64,000 bases of DNA from Octopus bimaculoides (GCF_001194135.2 NC_068998.1:51981744-52045743), one strand, 5' to 3'; positions 39,101 through 52,254 are shown, counted from the first letter of the stretch. Translations and numbers: made by a program. The notes: generated from the sequence alone by a model not told the origin.

Positions 39101-40453
39101 AAGCACGAATATTGTAGTGGCTACAGAGAGGAATGGTAGGGGGGGCGGGGAATATGGTAACAAACTACCAGCTAGAAGGTATGGAGAACAGAAGCAGAGA
39201 AGGTGGAAAGAAAAGAAATGTGTATGTATATATATATATATATGTGTGTGTATGAAAGTATGTAAACATATTTATATATGGGTGAATATATGTATGTATA
39301 TTTGTATATCTTTATGTATGTATATGTGTATATGTTTGTATATACTTATGTGTGTGTGTATAGACGCACACATGTATGTATGTATATTTCCCAGATTCAA
39401 GGATGTTATTTTTCCCTGAAAGAAGGCTAAAAACTATTTACCATGATTCCTAGAAGACGAAGCTTACATTTCTGATAAGCTAATTTTATTATCAGAGAAC
39501 TGTTATCTATGCAACGGTTTCTGTGTCTCCAGACTGTAAACGTAAAAGTGAAAATACAGATTATAAGTGGTCAAGTGAATCTGTGTCACTTAGTCATCAA
39601 CAAAATATCTTTATATAAAATGTTGTCACATGTTCCCCCCCACCCCCAAGCAAAAATTGAAACATATGTTCTTGCTTGGAGCATCATTGGTACAAGCAAC
39701 AGTGATATATATATATATATATATAATCATCATCATCATCATTGTTTAACGTCCGTTTTCCATGCTGGCATGGGTTGGACGGTTTGAGTGGGGACTGCCA
39801 AGCCAGGAGGCCTCAACAGGCTCCAATCTGATCTGGCAGTGTTTCTACAGCTGGATGCCCTTCCTAACACCAACCACTTCAAGAGTGTAGTGGGTGCTTT
39901 TTACGTGCCACCGGCACAAGAGCCAGCCAGGCGGCACTGGCATCAGCCATGTTTGTATGGTGCTTTTTATGTGCTACCAGCACAGGAACCAGTCAGGGCA
40001 GGGGTGGCTGGCATCAACCACATTTGGATGGTGCTTTTTACATGCCACTGGCAACAACCTTATATATAGAGAGAGAGGGGGTGGAGAGAGAGAGAGAGAG
40101 AGAGAGTGAGTGAGTGGGGTATCAACTCATGTTGGATTTCTGTTCTGGCCACTTTTAGTGCTACATGAAAAATTCAGAGTTTAAGTTTAAATTCATTTGA
40201 GCACTACTATGTGTTTTCTATACTGAACATATCTAGCTCTCATCTATTATCTGTGTGTGTGTGTGTGTGTGTGTTTGTGTTTGTGTTTGTCTATATTAAT
40301 AAATTTATTATATTCTTCACAAGAATATGTGGTTTCAACAAACCAAATATTTGCTAAGCATCATCTGAGAACATATGAAAATATATCTTCTCTGATGATT
40401 TTTCGCTAAAAAAGCAGTGAGCCTGTTGTAAGAATACATATTAATTCCATTTA

Positions 40454-40951
40454 TATTGGGTCATCCCATAAATAATGTAGTTTTTTCAATTGCATGAACT
40501 AAAAGCTGGAGGGGGACAGGATAAACTACCTGCATCAACTTGCAATAAAAGCAGTTAGTAATTTTACCTTATACTTATTCTTAGTGCAAGTTTTGAAGAG
40601 TGCAGTTTGATTTTAACAGTTATCTCTTTTTAAGCTATAATGGAAGTGACAAAGAAGCATATTCAGCATATTTTGCTTTAGGAGTTCAATAAAGGCAACA
40701 AAGCAACAGAAAGTGAGAGGAATATTAATGCAGTATTTGGGGATTAGACAATAAACATAAGCCAGTGGCAACGATGGTTCCAGAAATTCCAAGCTGGAAA
40801 CTACAGCCTAGAAAATGAGCCTTGTTTTAGAAGATCTGTAGAGTTCAATGAGGATGTCCTGCAGACCCTGGTGGAACAAAATGCCAGTATAACTGTTGAG
40901 GAACTAGCAGAGTAACTTGGATTTGGTCATTCAACCATTCATCGACACCTG
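40454..40951 (+). mobile_element. Truncated mariner transposon: left TIR and N-terminal HTH of transposase (pseudogene)
   Basis: TA-ttgggtcatcccataaataatg TIR-like start. 40640-40951 translates MEVTKKHIQHILL*EFNKGNKATESERNINAVFGD*TINISQWQRWFQKFQAGNYSLENEP...TVEELAE*LGFGHSTIHRHL, with 3 in-frame stops and no DDD domain. Confidence 0.88.
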
Positions 40952-42054
40952 GTGTTCTTTCAGAATGTTTTGCATGCATGCATCATCATCATCTATCTGA
41001 GTTACCTGTATCAAGGATCTGTAACACCTGGGCAGCACAGAAAAAAAAGGGTTTTTTAAAATTTTGTTTCTGTTTTATTAGCTATTGTACTCTGCAAGAT
41101 GTTTTTGCCTTATATATGTCTTATGTATGTAACATACATGCATTATGTAATAATTAAATTATATATAATGCCCTTTACTGTTTTGTTATGTGCATGATCC
41201 CCTTGTCCATAGCGAAATTGTCTGACATGAAACTGATCCCTGCCTTTATTGGTGAAGGTTGAGGACTGCTGGGCTATATCATATATTCATGAGTGTCTAC
41301 GTGTGCACATATATATTATGTGTTTGTGTGTGTGTTTGTGTACAAATATATACATATGTACCCATGCTGGTGTCACATAAAAAACACTTGTGCCAGTACC
41401 ATGTATAAAGCACCCAATACACTCTGTAAATTGGTTGGCATCAGAAAAGGCATCCAGCTTGTAGAAACCAGGCCAAAACAGACAAAGCCTGGTCTGCTCT
41501 CTGGCTGGTCAGCTCCTGTCAAACCATCCAATCCATGCCAGCAGAGAAAACAAACATTAAATGATGATGATGATGTATTATTTTGATTTAAACTTTTCAT
41601 CTTTAAACATGTCTGACCCATGCAAACATGGAAAAGTAAAGGTTAAAACAAATATGATGTATAGGTTTGTGTATGCCTGCATCTTTTGCCAGTACACATT
41701 AGCAAAAGGTGTACACATTAGTGAGAAAGCTGACCGTATGATGCATTCAAACCAAAATTCTTTGCGATATTTCTTTTGCTTGAGTTGCACAAACACTCTT
41801 TTGTTGCTTCAGGGTATCACAAATACCCTAAAACAATGGTTGGCTTATGGGATACGTATTGTTCACTAAATACCTCATACAAAATATAAATTAAATGTAT
41901 GTATTTATATGTGCATGCATTTGTGTGTGTGTGTGTGTTTATGTGTGCATATGTATATGGTTGTGTATAAGTATATATAAACACAGGTGTACGTACATTA
42001 TATATATTTATACAGGTTTGTTATATACATATATTATACATATATATTTATACG

Positions 42055-42093
<39 letters not shown>

Positions 42094-42150
42094 ATCTTTA
42101 TGGGTGCATATGTATATGGTTGTTTATAAGTATATATAAACACAGGTGTA

Positions 42151-42194
<44 letters not shown>

Positions 42195-42995
42195 NNNNNN
42201 NNNNNNNNNNNNNNNNNNNNNNNNNNNNNNNNNNNNNNNNNNNNNNNNNNNNNNNNNNNNNNNNNNNNNNNNNNNNNNNNNNNNNNNNNNNNNNNNNNNN
42301 NNNNNNNNNNNNNNNNNNNNNNNNNNNNNNNNNNNNNNNNNNNNNNNNNNNNNNNNNNNNNNNNNNNNNNNNNNNNNNNNNNNNNNNNNNNNNNNNNNNN
42401 NNNNNNNNNNNNNNNNNNNNNNNNNNNNNNNNNNNNNNNNNNNNNNNNNNNNNNNNNNNNNNNNNNNNNNNNNNNNNNNNNNNNNNNNNNNNNNNNNNNN
42501 NNNNNNNNNNNNNNNNNNNNNNNNNNNNNNNNNNNNNNNNNNNNNNNNNNNNNNNNNNNNNNNNNNNNNNNNNNNNNNNNNNNNNNNNNNNNNNNNNNNN
42601 NNNNNNNNNNNNNNNNNNNNNNNNNNNNNNNNNNNNNNNNNNNNNNNNNNNNNNNNNNNNNNNNNNNNNNNNNNNNNNNNNNNNNNNNNNNNNNNNNNNN
42701 NNNNNNNNNNNNNNNNNNNNNNNNNNNNNNNNNNNNNNNNNNNNNNNNNNNNNNNNNNNNNNNNNNNNNNNNNNNNNNNNNNNNNNNNNNNNNNNNNNNN
42801 NNNNNNNNNNNNNNNNNNNNNNNNNNNNNNNNNNNNNNNNNNNNNNNNNNNNNNNNNNNNNNNNNNNNNNNNNNNNNNNNNNNNNNNNNNNNNNNNNNNN
42901 NNNNNNNNNNNNNNNNNNNNNNNNNNNNNNNNNNNNNNNNNNNNNNNNNNNNNNNNNNNNNNNNNNNNNNNNNNNNNNNNNNNNNNNNNNNNNNN

Positions 42996-43270
42996 ATAAG
43001 GTTGAGGAGGGTATTGGATTTAACCAAACCCAAGAGGATATTTACCACTGGAATGAAACTACTCTTCAAGTACTGTTCTCTCTTTCTTCAGCACATCACA
43101 CTCTTTACCACTTCATACTAAAAATATCCGCCTATGGATATAATAATAGATTACTTTATTTTTTCTGTCTCCGATGAAGGGAAGTACTGGATCTTCCCAG
43201 AAACAGCTGTAAGACTCTATCCATAAAATACTTCTCCAACCTTACCATTGCTCTCTTTATCTTTTTATTT
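42996..43270 (+). mobile_element. Probable Penelope-like element 3' terminus carrying a hammerhead motif
   Basis: Hammerhead motif at 43167-43215, followed by an AT-rich end that runs into (TA)n. The upstream part is lost in the gap. Confidence 0.5.
43167..43215 (+). ncRNA. Minimal type I hammerhead ribozyme motif, second family
   Basis: GUCU-CCGAUGA-A-GGGAAG-(UACUGGAU)-CUUCCC-A-GAAA-CAGCUG-UA-AGAC. Stem I 4 bp, stem II 6 bp, palindromic helix III ACAGCUGU, GUA cleavage triplet, and U4 replaced by C. Confidence 0.6.
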
Positions 43271-43388
43271 TTTTATATATTTACATATATATATATATAT
43301 ATATATATATTCAAACTATCCAGATCTGGCTTCTTACATCCACCCTACAATGTCATTCTAAAAATAAACAACCATACCATCAAAATAT

Positions 43389-43818
43389 TCTTTTTTACTC
43401 TAAGCACAAGGCCGGAAATTTTGGGATTAGATCGACCCCAGTACGCAACTGGTACTTAATTTATCGACCCTGAAAAGATGAATGGCAAAGTCGACCTCAG
43501 CAGAATTTGAACTCAGAACATAAAAACAGACGAAATACCACAAAGCATTTCGCCCGGTGTGCTAACATTTCTGCTAGTTCACCACCTTAGAACATATTAG
43601 ATAGTGATTTCAAATGTTGGCACAAGGCCAGCAATTTCAGTGGAGGGAATAAATCAATTACATTGGCCCCAGTGTTCAACTGGTTCTTATTTTATTAATT
43701 CTGAAAGGATGAAAGACAAAGTCAACCTTGGCAGAATCTGAACCCAGACCAAAGATACAGACAAAATTCTGCCAAGCATTATGATTGGCATGCTAACAAT
43801 TTCGCCAGCCCACCATCC
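43389..43818 (-). mobile_element. Tandem family B SINEs
   Basis: Copies at about 43389-43589 and 43612-43818, with a further fragment near 43880-43950. Confidence 0.8.
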
Positions 43819-44655
43819 AGAACATGTTGAATATTGATTTCCAAAATTAGCATAATGTCACACATTTTTTATTTATTTTATCAACACCAAGAAGGCCTTG
43901 GTGGAATTTGAACTCAAACTATAAAGAGCCATAACTAAATTTGTAAGGTATCTTTTTTTACGTCTGATTCTGTAATGACCTTTCCATTCAGCAACCATGA
44001 CCACCACACTGAGAATATGCTAAATATTAAACAGCCTCCTTTTTTTCTAAATATGGTACACTCAACCGATTTTCCAAGCACACTATAAGTAAAGACCAAT
44101 TTAAACTACTGACATCTTTATAAAATCTTTCAACATGTTCTTCATATTCTGACTTTAAAAAAAAATGCCTCTGATCTTGTTTTCTGACGCTTAACGAATA
44201 TTCCAAAAAATGTCTGGCAATGAATTAACATACTGTAGCATAGGAGACAACATTGATTATCTCTATTTTAGAAAACACAAAAATTTAATTTGTTTGCTTT
44301 TAACAACTTTTTGCTATTGGACTGCAAAATATTCAATGACCATCTTGTTCAATGAAGTTTGCCAGTAAGAGAATATTTATTGAAATATTCTGTACAAAAC
44401 TGGTCAAAAATTATTCCAAAAATAAATCCTTTTTTTCATTTTTTTTTTCTCAGATAATCAACAAAATGTTCAATATTATAAATTTTCAAATTGCCAAAGA
44501 TAATTGAGCACAGGTATGGCTGTGTGGGTAAGAAGTCTCTTTTCTAACCATGTGCTCTTGAGTATGTGGCACCTTGGAAGAGTGTTTTCTACTACAGCCT
44601 CAGGCTATAGATATATGTACATATATATATATATATATATATATANNNNNNNNNN

Positions 44656-44699
<44 letters not shown>

Positions 44700-45544
44700 T
44701 CTCTCTCATTGAAGATGACATACGAGTGTTCTTTTTTGCAGAACAACCTGCACAAATGATTTGTTTATAATGACTGTATTGATGTGCTGTCTACCAAATC
44801 CACATTTCTAATGAAATGCACTTTCATTTATAATTCCTTTTAAACACATGGATGATAGGGTTCCTGTTAAGAGACAGAAACAAAAGAGAACGGTTTTAAA
44901 GGTTCCTGCACAATTACGAAAATGTTATCATTTCTTACTTGCCTTTCAATATAATTCTCTTCTAAGTGTGTTTTAGACTTATTTAGAAGCAACTAAAACT
45001 CATAACTATTCACTAGTTTTTATGTCAGTTTTTTTTTTTTTATGCTGGCATGTGTTGGACAAATACTTATTCCTTTCTGCTGTAGGCACAAGGCCTGAAA
45101 TTTTGGGGGAGGAGGCCAGTCAATTAGATCGGCCCCAGTATGCAACTGGTACTTATTTTATTGATCCTCGAAAGGATGACAGGCAATGGACAAATACTTA
45201 TTGAACTATTATTTTGCAGCTGGATACCCTTCCTGTTTCTAACCCTCCTTTATTTATCAATGAATGTTTTTCTTTTTCTTTTTTAAAGCATTCGTATCAG
45301 GTCTCTAGTGTACAGATAACTCTATTTACTGAGTCTCTGATTCCTACTGAATCACCTTATGAATCATGCTTTCTTCTGTCATTATGCACCAGTTTTAGAA
45401 ATCCTGCCAAGATTCTCATTGTTGTTGCTGTTCTTAATAAACCCATTTTTTTCCCCCTAAATTTTAATTAACTTTCATTTCATAATTATCAATTTGATCT
45501 CTCTTTCACTAAAATATATTTCTCTCTTTTCTTTTCTTTTCCAG

Positions 45545-45618
45545 TGTGATGGTAGTGATTTGACGCAGAAAATGAAAGACCTGAAACTTCATTGTCTTTT
45601 ATTTCTAAACATACCGAA
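45545..45618 (+). CDS. DGKZ: DGK exon (accessory domain)
   Basis: cttttccag|TGT ... AA|gtaagt. Translates CDGSDLTQKMKDLKLHCLLFLNIP(K). Phase 0 to 2. Confidence 0.94.
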
Positions 45619-45847
45619 GTAAGTATTATACTAAACATGATAGTTAATTAACTTACTGATTAATATACTTGATAAACATGACAGAATGAGTACAAGCATA
45701 TTTATGTCTTTTTCAAATTTACATCTTTTTTTAAAGTTTCTTTTTTTTTTTAAAGAAATTAAATTGACTCCAGTCAATTTATCTGGCTTTATCTTGGTCT
45801 CTGTGAACATTTTTAAAAGCATAAAAATAATTTAAAAAAATAAAACA

Positions 45848-46200
45848 ATAGGCACAGGCGTAGCTGTGTGGTAAGGAGCTTGCTTCTCAACCTCATGGTT
45901 CCAGGTTCAGTCCCACTGTGCGGCACCTTTGGCAAGTGTCTTTTACTATAGCCTCAGGCCAACCAAAGCTTTGTAAGTGAATTTGGTAGACAGAAATTGG
46001 AAGAAGCCCATCACACACACACCCAAGTATATACACTCACATACAACAGGCTTCCACACAGTATCCATCTACCAAATTTACTCATAAGGCATTGGTTGAC
46101 CTGAAGCTATAGTTGAAGACATTTTCCCCAGATGCCATAGAGTGGGACTGAACCTGAAAACTTGTGGTTGTAAAGCAAGTTTCTTAATAGCACAGACCTA
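45848..46200. mobile_element. Inverted pair of family A SINE 5' halves
   Basis: + copy at 45848-46012, CA-rich spacer, - copy at 46047-46200. Confidence 0.8.
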
Positions 46201-47026
46201 GGTAATATTATTTCTTTCTTTTTGTAGAAAGATTAGTAGTTGTCCATACATACCACTGGTGTTTGGCCAAAGGAAAGGCCATCAACTTGAGCCAATATGG
46301 CTTGGCACCAGCATCATGGCATGCATTTCTTTCAGGCCACAAAGAGCCAAAATTCTCTAACAGTTCCTCTTCAATCCACTGCCCTTCATTGGTCCTTTTT
46401 TATTTTTTTATCAACCCCTCCAAAAAAAAAAAAATGAAAACAAAAGATGACCTTGGTAAGATTTGAACTCTGGATGCAGAGTGTCAAAACAAATATCAAA
46501 TACCACAAAGCATTCTGTCCTATTCTCTAACAACTTTGCCAATTCACTACTTTTGATGATTTGCTTCATCTTTTTCACATTCTGAGTTTGAATTCTCTTG
46601 AGGTTAACTTTATTGTTTCACCCTTTCAGAGTTGATAAAATAAACACCAGATTAGAAATGGATTCAAACTCATTGATTGATTAAACCTCATATCCAACAT
46701 TTGTCAATTTTGTACTTATCTTAAAAATCAATATCTTCTGTGTTATCTTTGAATTTTAAATAAGTAACAAAACGAAAATTGCCAATCTATTTACACATTT
46801 ACACCAATAGAAATGTAATCCCAACTGTTTTTACAATGTCTAATTATGAAACTCTATTTATTTCTTATGAATGTAACAGATATGAAAATGGAAAAAGACC
46901 TTCAGTTATTTCTAGTAACAGGCTGTATATTGATTTCTGAATTTACATTAGAGAAATATGTTCTGAAGAAATTCAAAAGATATTTGTAAAATAAGAAGAA
47001 TAGGTTTGATTTAAAACATGTAAACA

Positions 47027-47207
47027 TAGGCGCAGGAGTGGCTGTGTGGTAAGTAGCTTGCTTACCAACCACATGGTTCCGGGTTCATTCTCACTGTGTG
47101 GCACCTTGGGCAAGTATCTTCTACTATAGCCTCGGGCCGACCAAAGCCTTGTATGTGGATTTGGTAGACGGAAACTGAAAGAAGCCTGTCACACACACAC
47201 ACATATA

Positions 47208-47256
<49 letters not shown>

Positions 47257-47466
47257 TTATGTGTGTGTGTGTGTGTGTTTGTCTCCCCACCATTGCTTGA
47301 CAACCGATGCTGGTGTGTTTACGTCCCCATAACTTAGCAAAAAAAAAGAGACTGATAGAATAAGTACTAGGCTTACAAAAAATAAGTCCTGGGGTCGATT
47401 TGCTTGACTAAAGGTGGTGCTCCAGCATGGCCGCAGTCAAATGACTGAAACAAGTAAAAGAGTAAA
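47027..47466 (+). mobile_element. Full-length tRNA-derived SINE family A (best-preserved copy)
   Basis: ggcgcaggagtggctgtgtggtaagtagcttgcttaccaaccacatggttccgggttca head, central (CA)(TA)(TG) microsatellite, and 3' ...gactgaaacaagtaaaagagtaaa. Other partial copies at 7438-7565(+), 21478-21640(-), 23240-23380(-), 32285-32445(-), 51345-51510(+), 52310-52472(-) and 58850-59065(+). Confidence 0.85.
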
Positions 47467-48404
47467 TAGCAAAGGATAAATTCCTGCTAGAAGCAGAGAC
47501 CACAAAAGTAATTTGAGCAAAATGGAATTGCTTGGTTTATAGAACAGATACAGGCAGGTACCCATGCTGCATTGTTGGAACAAATAAAGGCAGAACTAAA
47601 AAAAAAAAACAATTGGGGGGTCTAAGAAAGGAACTTTTGGTAAAGTTACTGGAAGCAGGAATATGTGAATGTTCTGGAATGTTTAACTGTTTGAATAATC
47701 ATAAACTGAAAATTATACCTTGCTGGTTGTGTTGTTTAACCCATGTTAGTCCTGTGATTGAAGCAGATCTGCTCTAGCTATGACCTTCATCATTTTTTGT
47801 ATATCTAAGGCTACATTGTTTAATGAGTCCCTTCCTTCTTTTTAGAAGACACCTGAGTATAAATTGAGAGAAATTTGGCTATTATTTCTAGGAGATGAGT
47901 TAATGTATAGAAGCCTCTCTGGTTGGCTCATACTAAGTTATATTGTTATATTGTTATATTGTTGCTTATCCCCGGATTATTTCTTGATTAAGGAAATCTA
48001 TGATCCCAGATGTTTTAGGATGGTGTGTTCATATTTTTTTCCAGTTGCAATGTGTCAAGGACTGAGTTTATCTGATATTGTGTTTCTTATTTCAAAAGAA
48101 GGTCAGATTCGAAATGAGAGAGCTTTGACTGCAGGTTGCAAGTGAAGCTCTCTCAGATCAATCTCCCACCTTCTAGCAAGTCTTGTGACCATGTACAAGC
48201 ATCCTCATTGGTTGTGCCTGACCATGTTTGTATGACCTACTGCTGGAGATAAAACCAGCTATGGCATAATCACCATATATAGTTTCTGTAATCCCATATT
48301 CACTGAACATTGTTATAGTTGAATATTCGACAATATTACACAATATTTATTTTGCATTCTCTATGTTTAAGATTACATTTATATTTATATATATATGTTT
48401 TCAG

Positions 48405-48513
48405 ATATGCTGGTGGGACGACACCATGGGGCCACCCAAATGTACTAGGATTTGAAACACCGAGACATGATGATGGCTATTTAGAAGTTATTGGTTTTAC
48501 CTACACATCACTG
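48405..48513 (+). CDS. DGKZ: DGK exon (accessory domain)
   Basis: gttttcag|A ... CTG|gtaaga. Translates [36 protein letters not shown], containing the PWG and [11 protein letters not shown] motifs. Phase 2 to 0. Confidence 0.96.
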
Positions 48514-49371
48514 GTAAGATTGCTTATCTATCATAATTGAGTATCAATGTCTTATTTTCTTTCTCTCTAGCTTCACTCTCACTAACACAACATACTCCAG
48601 ATGTTTTTTGGGTTTTTTTTTTTTTGGCTTTTGCAGTTCAAAATACCCTTTATTTCTGTATTGTTTTCCACTCAATCCTACTTACCTCATGCCTGAAGGG
48701 GGCCACCGGGACGTCTCATCTTTTCGTATATCTCTTCACAGGTCCTGCTGATCATACTCTCCTGTTCTCCTTGTGTAACATAACAGTTATTATTGTTTAA
48801 CCCGAGGTCAATCCCATTTCAGCAGATCTATGATGAAAGGCATTCCAGCCATGATCATCTTGTCTTTTTCTATTTTCATGTACAATGTACACCTCACTAC
48901 ATCATCCCGCATGTCCTTCTGAAATGGTACAAAGTACTTTTAAGGATATTGAGTTGTTATTTCCAACAGCTCAAGATTCCTTCATAGACTCATAAAAAAC
49001 ACCAGAATTTGGTATAGAATGCATTTTATTAAATTCCCAGTTAATTATGTCAGGAGATTGGTAGAATCATTAGAAAGGAAGCAGAATCGTTAGCACTTTA
49101 GAGAAAAATGTCTAGTGGTATTTTTTCTGGGGTTTTTTTATGTTCTGAGTTCAAATACCACCAAGGTTAACTTTGCCCTTCATCTTAATGGGGTCAATAA
49201 AATAAGATACCAGTGAATTAATTGGGTCAGTGAATCAACTTGACCTTCCCCTCTAAATTGCTGGCCTTGTGCCAAAATTACAAAAAATTATTTTTACATC
49301 ATCTGACAATATGCCTGGCATTATTGAATTACACCTCTTAACGTTTTGGTTTCAAATCCTGTCAACATCAA

Positions 49372-49527
<156 letters not shown>

Positions 49528-50311
49528 ATTCTGGAGTAAAATAAACTAAAGTACCTACCACACAAAAACTAGTGTCAACCCTCAATCAACTCTAGTACTT
49601 GTTCCAAATTTTGAGGCCTTGTGCCTTTGTTTCAAATTCAATATTTCAGAAAATTAATTATCTTAGCTAATTAATAATCTATACACTGTTTATGCTTGTG
49701 CCATAATATTGGTTGAAAGTTAAAATCAAGTGTCATAACATCGTTACCATGGTGCAGAAAAATATATTTTTCCATTTCACTTCCTAAGATAAAAATGTCA
49801 GCTTGCTTCCGTGTGCTATTTCACAATTGCTTGCAGACAATGAATTGGTCAACGAAGGCTAGCGATGCCTTTAAGTACATAAAGCTAGAGAGAGAGAGAG
49901 AGAGAGAGAGTGAGAGAGAGAGAGAGAGAGAGTGAGAGGAGAGGAGAGAGAGAGATGACATTGTACTGAAATATAGCACTCTTAACTAATTTCTGCACTC
50001 AATATTATTAGCAACATTACTACAATAACAACATAAAAGTAGTTATTTATTATTTCATTTCTCTGAAATAATATATTGATCGTGTGTGTGTGTGCGTGTG
50101 TGTGGGTGGGTGGGTGTATTCGTATGTATTAAATATTTGTGTATGTGTATATGTGGTTGTGTACATATGTATGTACACACGTGCTTTTGTATGTGTGTAT
50201 ATGTGTTAGTGTGTGTATATGTATATCTATATACATATATATGTGTGTGTGTATATATGTATATATATGTGTGTGTGTGTGTATATATATATATGTATGT
50301 ATGTATATATA

Positions 50312-50529
50312 CTTTTCTCTCCAGGCACAAGGCCCGAAATCTTTTGGGGGAGGGGGGGGGCAGTCGATTAAATTGACCCCTGTATGCAACTGGTACTTAA
50401 TTTATCGACCTCGAAAGGATGAAAGGCAAAATTGACCTTGGTGGAATTTGAACTCAGAACATAAAGACAGACAAAATACCACTAAGGATTTCTCCTGGCG
50501 TGCTAACGTTTCTGCCAGCTCGCCACCTC
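50312..50529 (-). mobile_element. Family B SINE inserted in a TA/CA microsatellite
   Basis: Full colinear reverse-complement copy. Confidence 0.85.
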
Positions 50530-50578
50530 ATATATATATACACACACACACGTGTGTACATACACAAGCATGCACAGC

Positions 50579-50609
<31 letters not shown>

Positions 50610-50955
50610 ACATTGTCATTGAAACGAGTAAACAAGCCTGTTCACTACAGCATACTTGAAGTTGTAAGTTCTTATATATACCTCTGCGTAAATAACTGTG
50701 ATTTAGCTTAACAAGGAATGGCCACTAATAAACATCATCTTCTGCATATCTCTGAATATCATCTTTAAAATGTAAATAGCTTATGCATTGAAAGCCTTAT
50801 TATTATTATTGTTACTATTAATATTATCGTTATTGGTGCGTTCTTTGAAATTGGTTTTCAATGAAATATTCATTTAAGTGATAATAACAAAAGTGTTATG
50901 ATAAGCTGGGAATTCATATTGGAGTGAAAGTTGATATTTTGAAATGTTATGATAT

Positions 50956-50997
<42 letters not shown>

Positions 50998-51506
50998 NNN
51001 NNNNNNNNNNNNNNNNNNNNNNNNNNNNNNNNNNNNNNNNNNNNNNNNNNNNNNNNNNNNNNNNNNNNNNNNNNNNNNNNNNNNNNNNNNNNNNNNNNNN
51101 NNNNNNNNNNNNNNNNNNNNNNNNNNNNNNNNNNNNNNNNNNNNNNNNNNNNNNNNNNNNNNNNNNNNNNNNNNNNNNNNNNNNNNNNNNNNNNNNNNNN
51201 NNNNNNNNNNNNNNNNNNNNNNNNNNNNNNNNNNNNNNNNNNNNNNNNNNNNNNNNNNNNNNNNNNNNNNNNNNNNNNNNNNNNGTGTTAGCCGCACGTG
51301 GAGAACAGACATATCACAAATATACTTTTCTAAAACTCATCATTAGTGCAGGAATGGGTCTGTGGTTTAAAAAGCTTTCTTACCAACTGTTTGGTGTTAG
51401 GTTCAGTCCCACTGTGCAGCACCTAAAGCAAATGTCTTCTGCTATAGCTCCAGGCTGACCGAAACCTTGTGAATGGATTTGGTGGACAAGAACTCAAAGA
51501 AACCTC

Positions 51507-51548
<42 letters not shown>

Positions 51549-52254
51549 ATTCATATGAGTGTGTGTGAGCATGCATGCTAATGTGTGTGTGTATACACTT
51601 GTCTTGACATCATGTGATGATTGTAAACAAGCATCACCATCATACAAGCAGTGGTGTTTTGTTTCCATTCTTCCTTGAAAACCATGTCTGGCCATGAGAA
51701 AATATTATCTTGCTTCAAACCAAGCAAACATAAAAAAAAAAAAGTGGACTGTAAATAATGATGATGATGATATAGCCATTAACTAGAACACATCCATGCT
51801 TGCAGATAATGTAATCAGTGTTAATTTTAATTAAATGTTAAGTTTTAATTAATCTCCAAAGATGGAAAATTAAACCTGAAACGTTCTCAGTTTCACAACA
51901 GACCAATATTATTCTACAACACACATGTTGGAAAGTACTACTGTAGGATGTAATTTAAAACAAAAAGAAAAGAGCAAGGATGTGGCTGCTATTTCTAGCA
52001 GGTTAATTATTTCACAACACTCTTGTTGGAGAGTACAGTGTGGGATCACCATCATCATCGTTTTGACATCTTGTTTTTCATGCTTGCCTGGGTCAGAGAG
52101 AATTTCTTGCGGCACATTTTGAAGGCCCATTACCATTTCTTGTTGCCAGCATCCAACAGTTTTCGAGTAAGGTAATATTTTTACAAAGGCCAAACATGTT
52201 TTTCAAGGAAGATTAGAAATGATTGATTCTCATTTACAGCCATCATGCAATATC

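Noticed and set aside
48689-48720. Possible additional hammerhead relic atgc-ctgaagg-gggccacc-gggacgtc
   Set aside because: It has at least three core mismatches and poor stems, so it is not distinguishable from chance without a family consensus.
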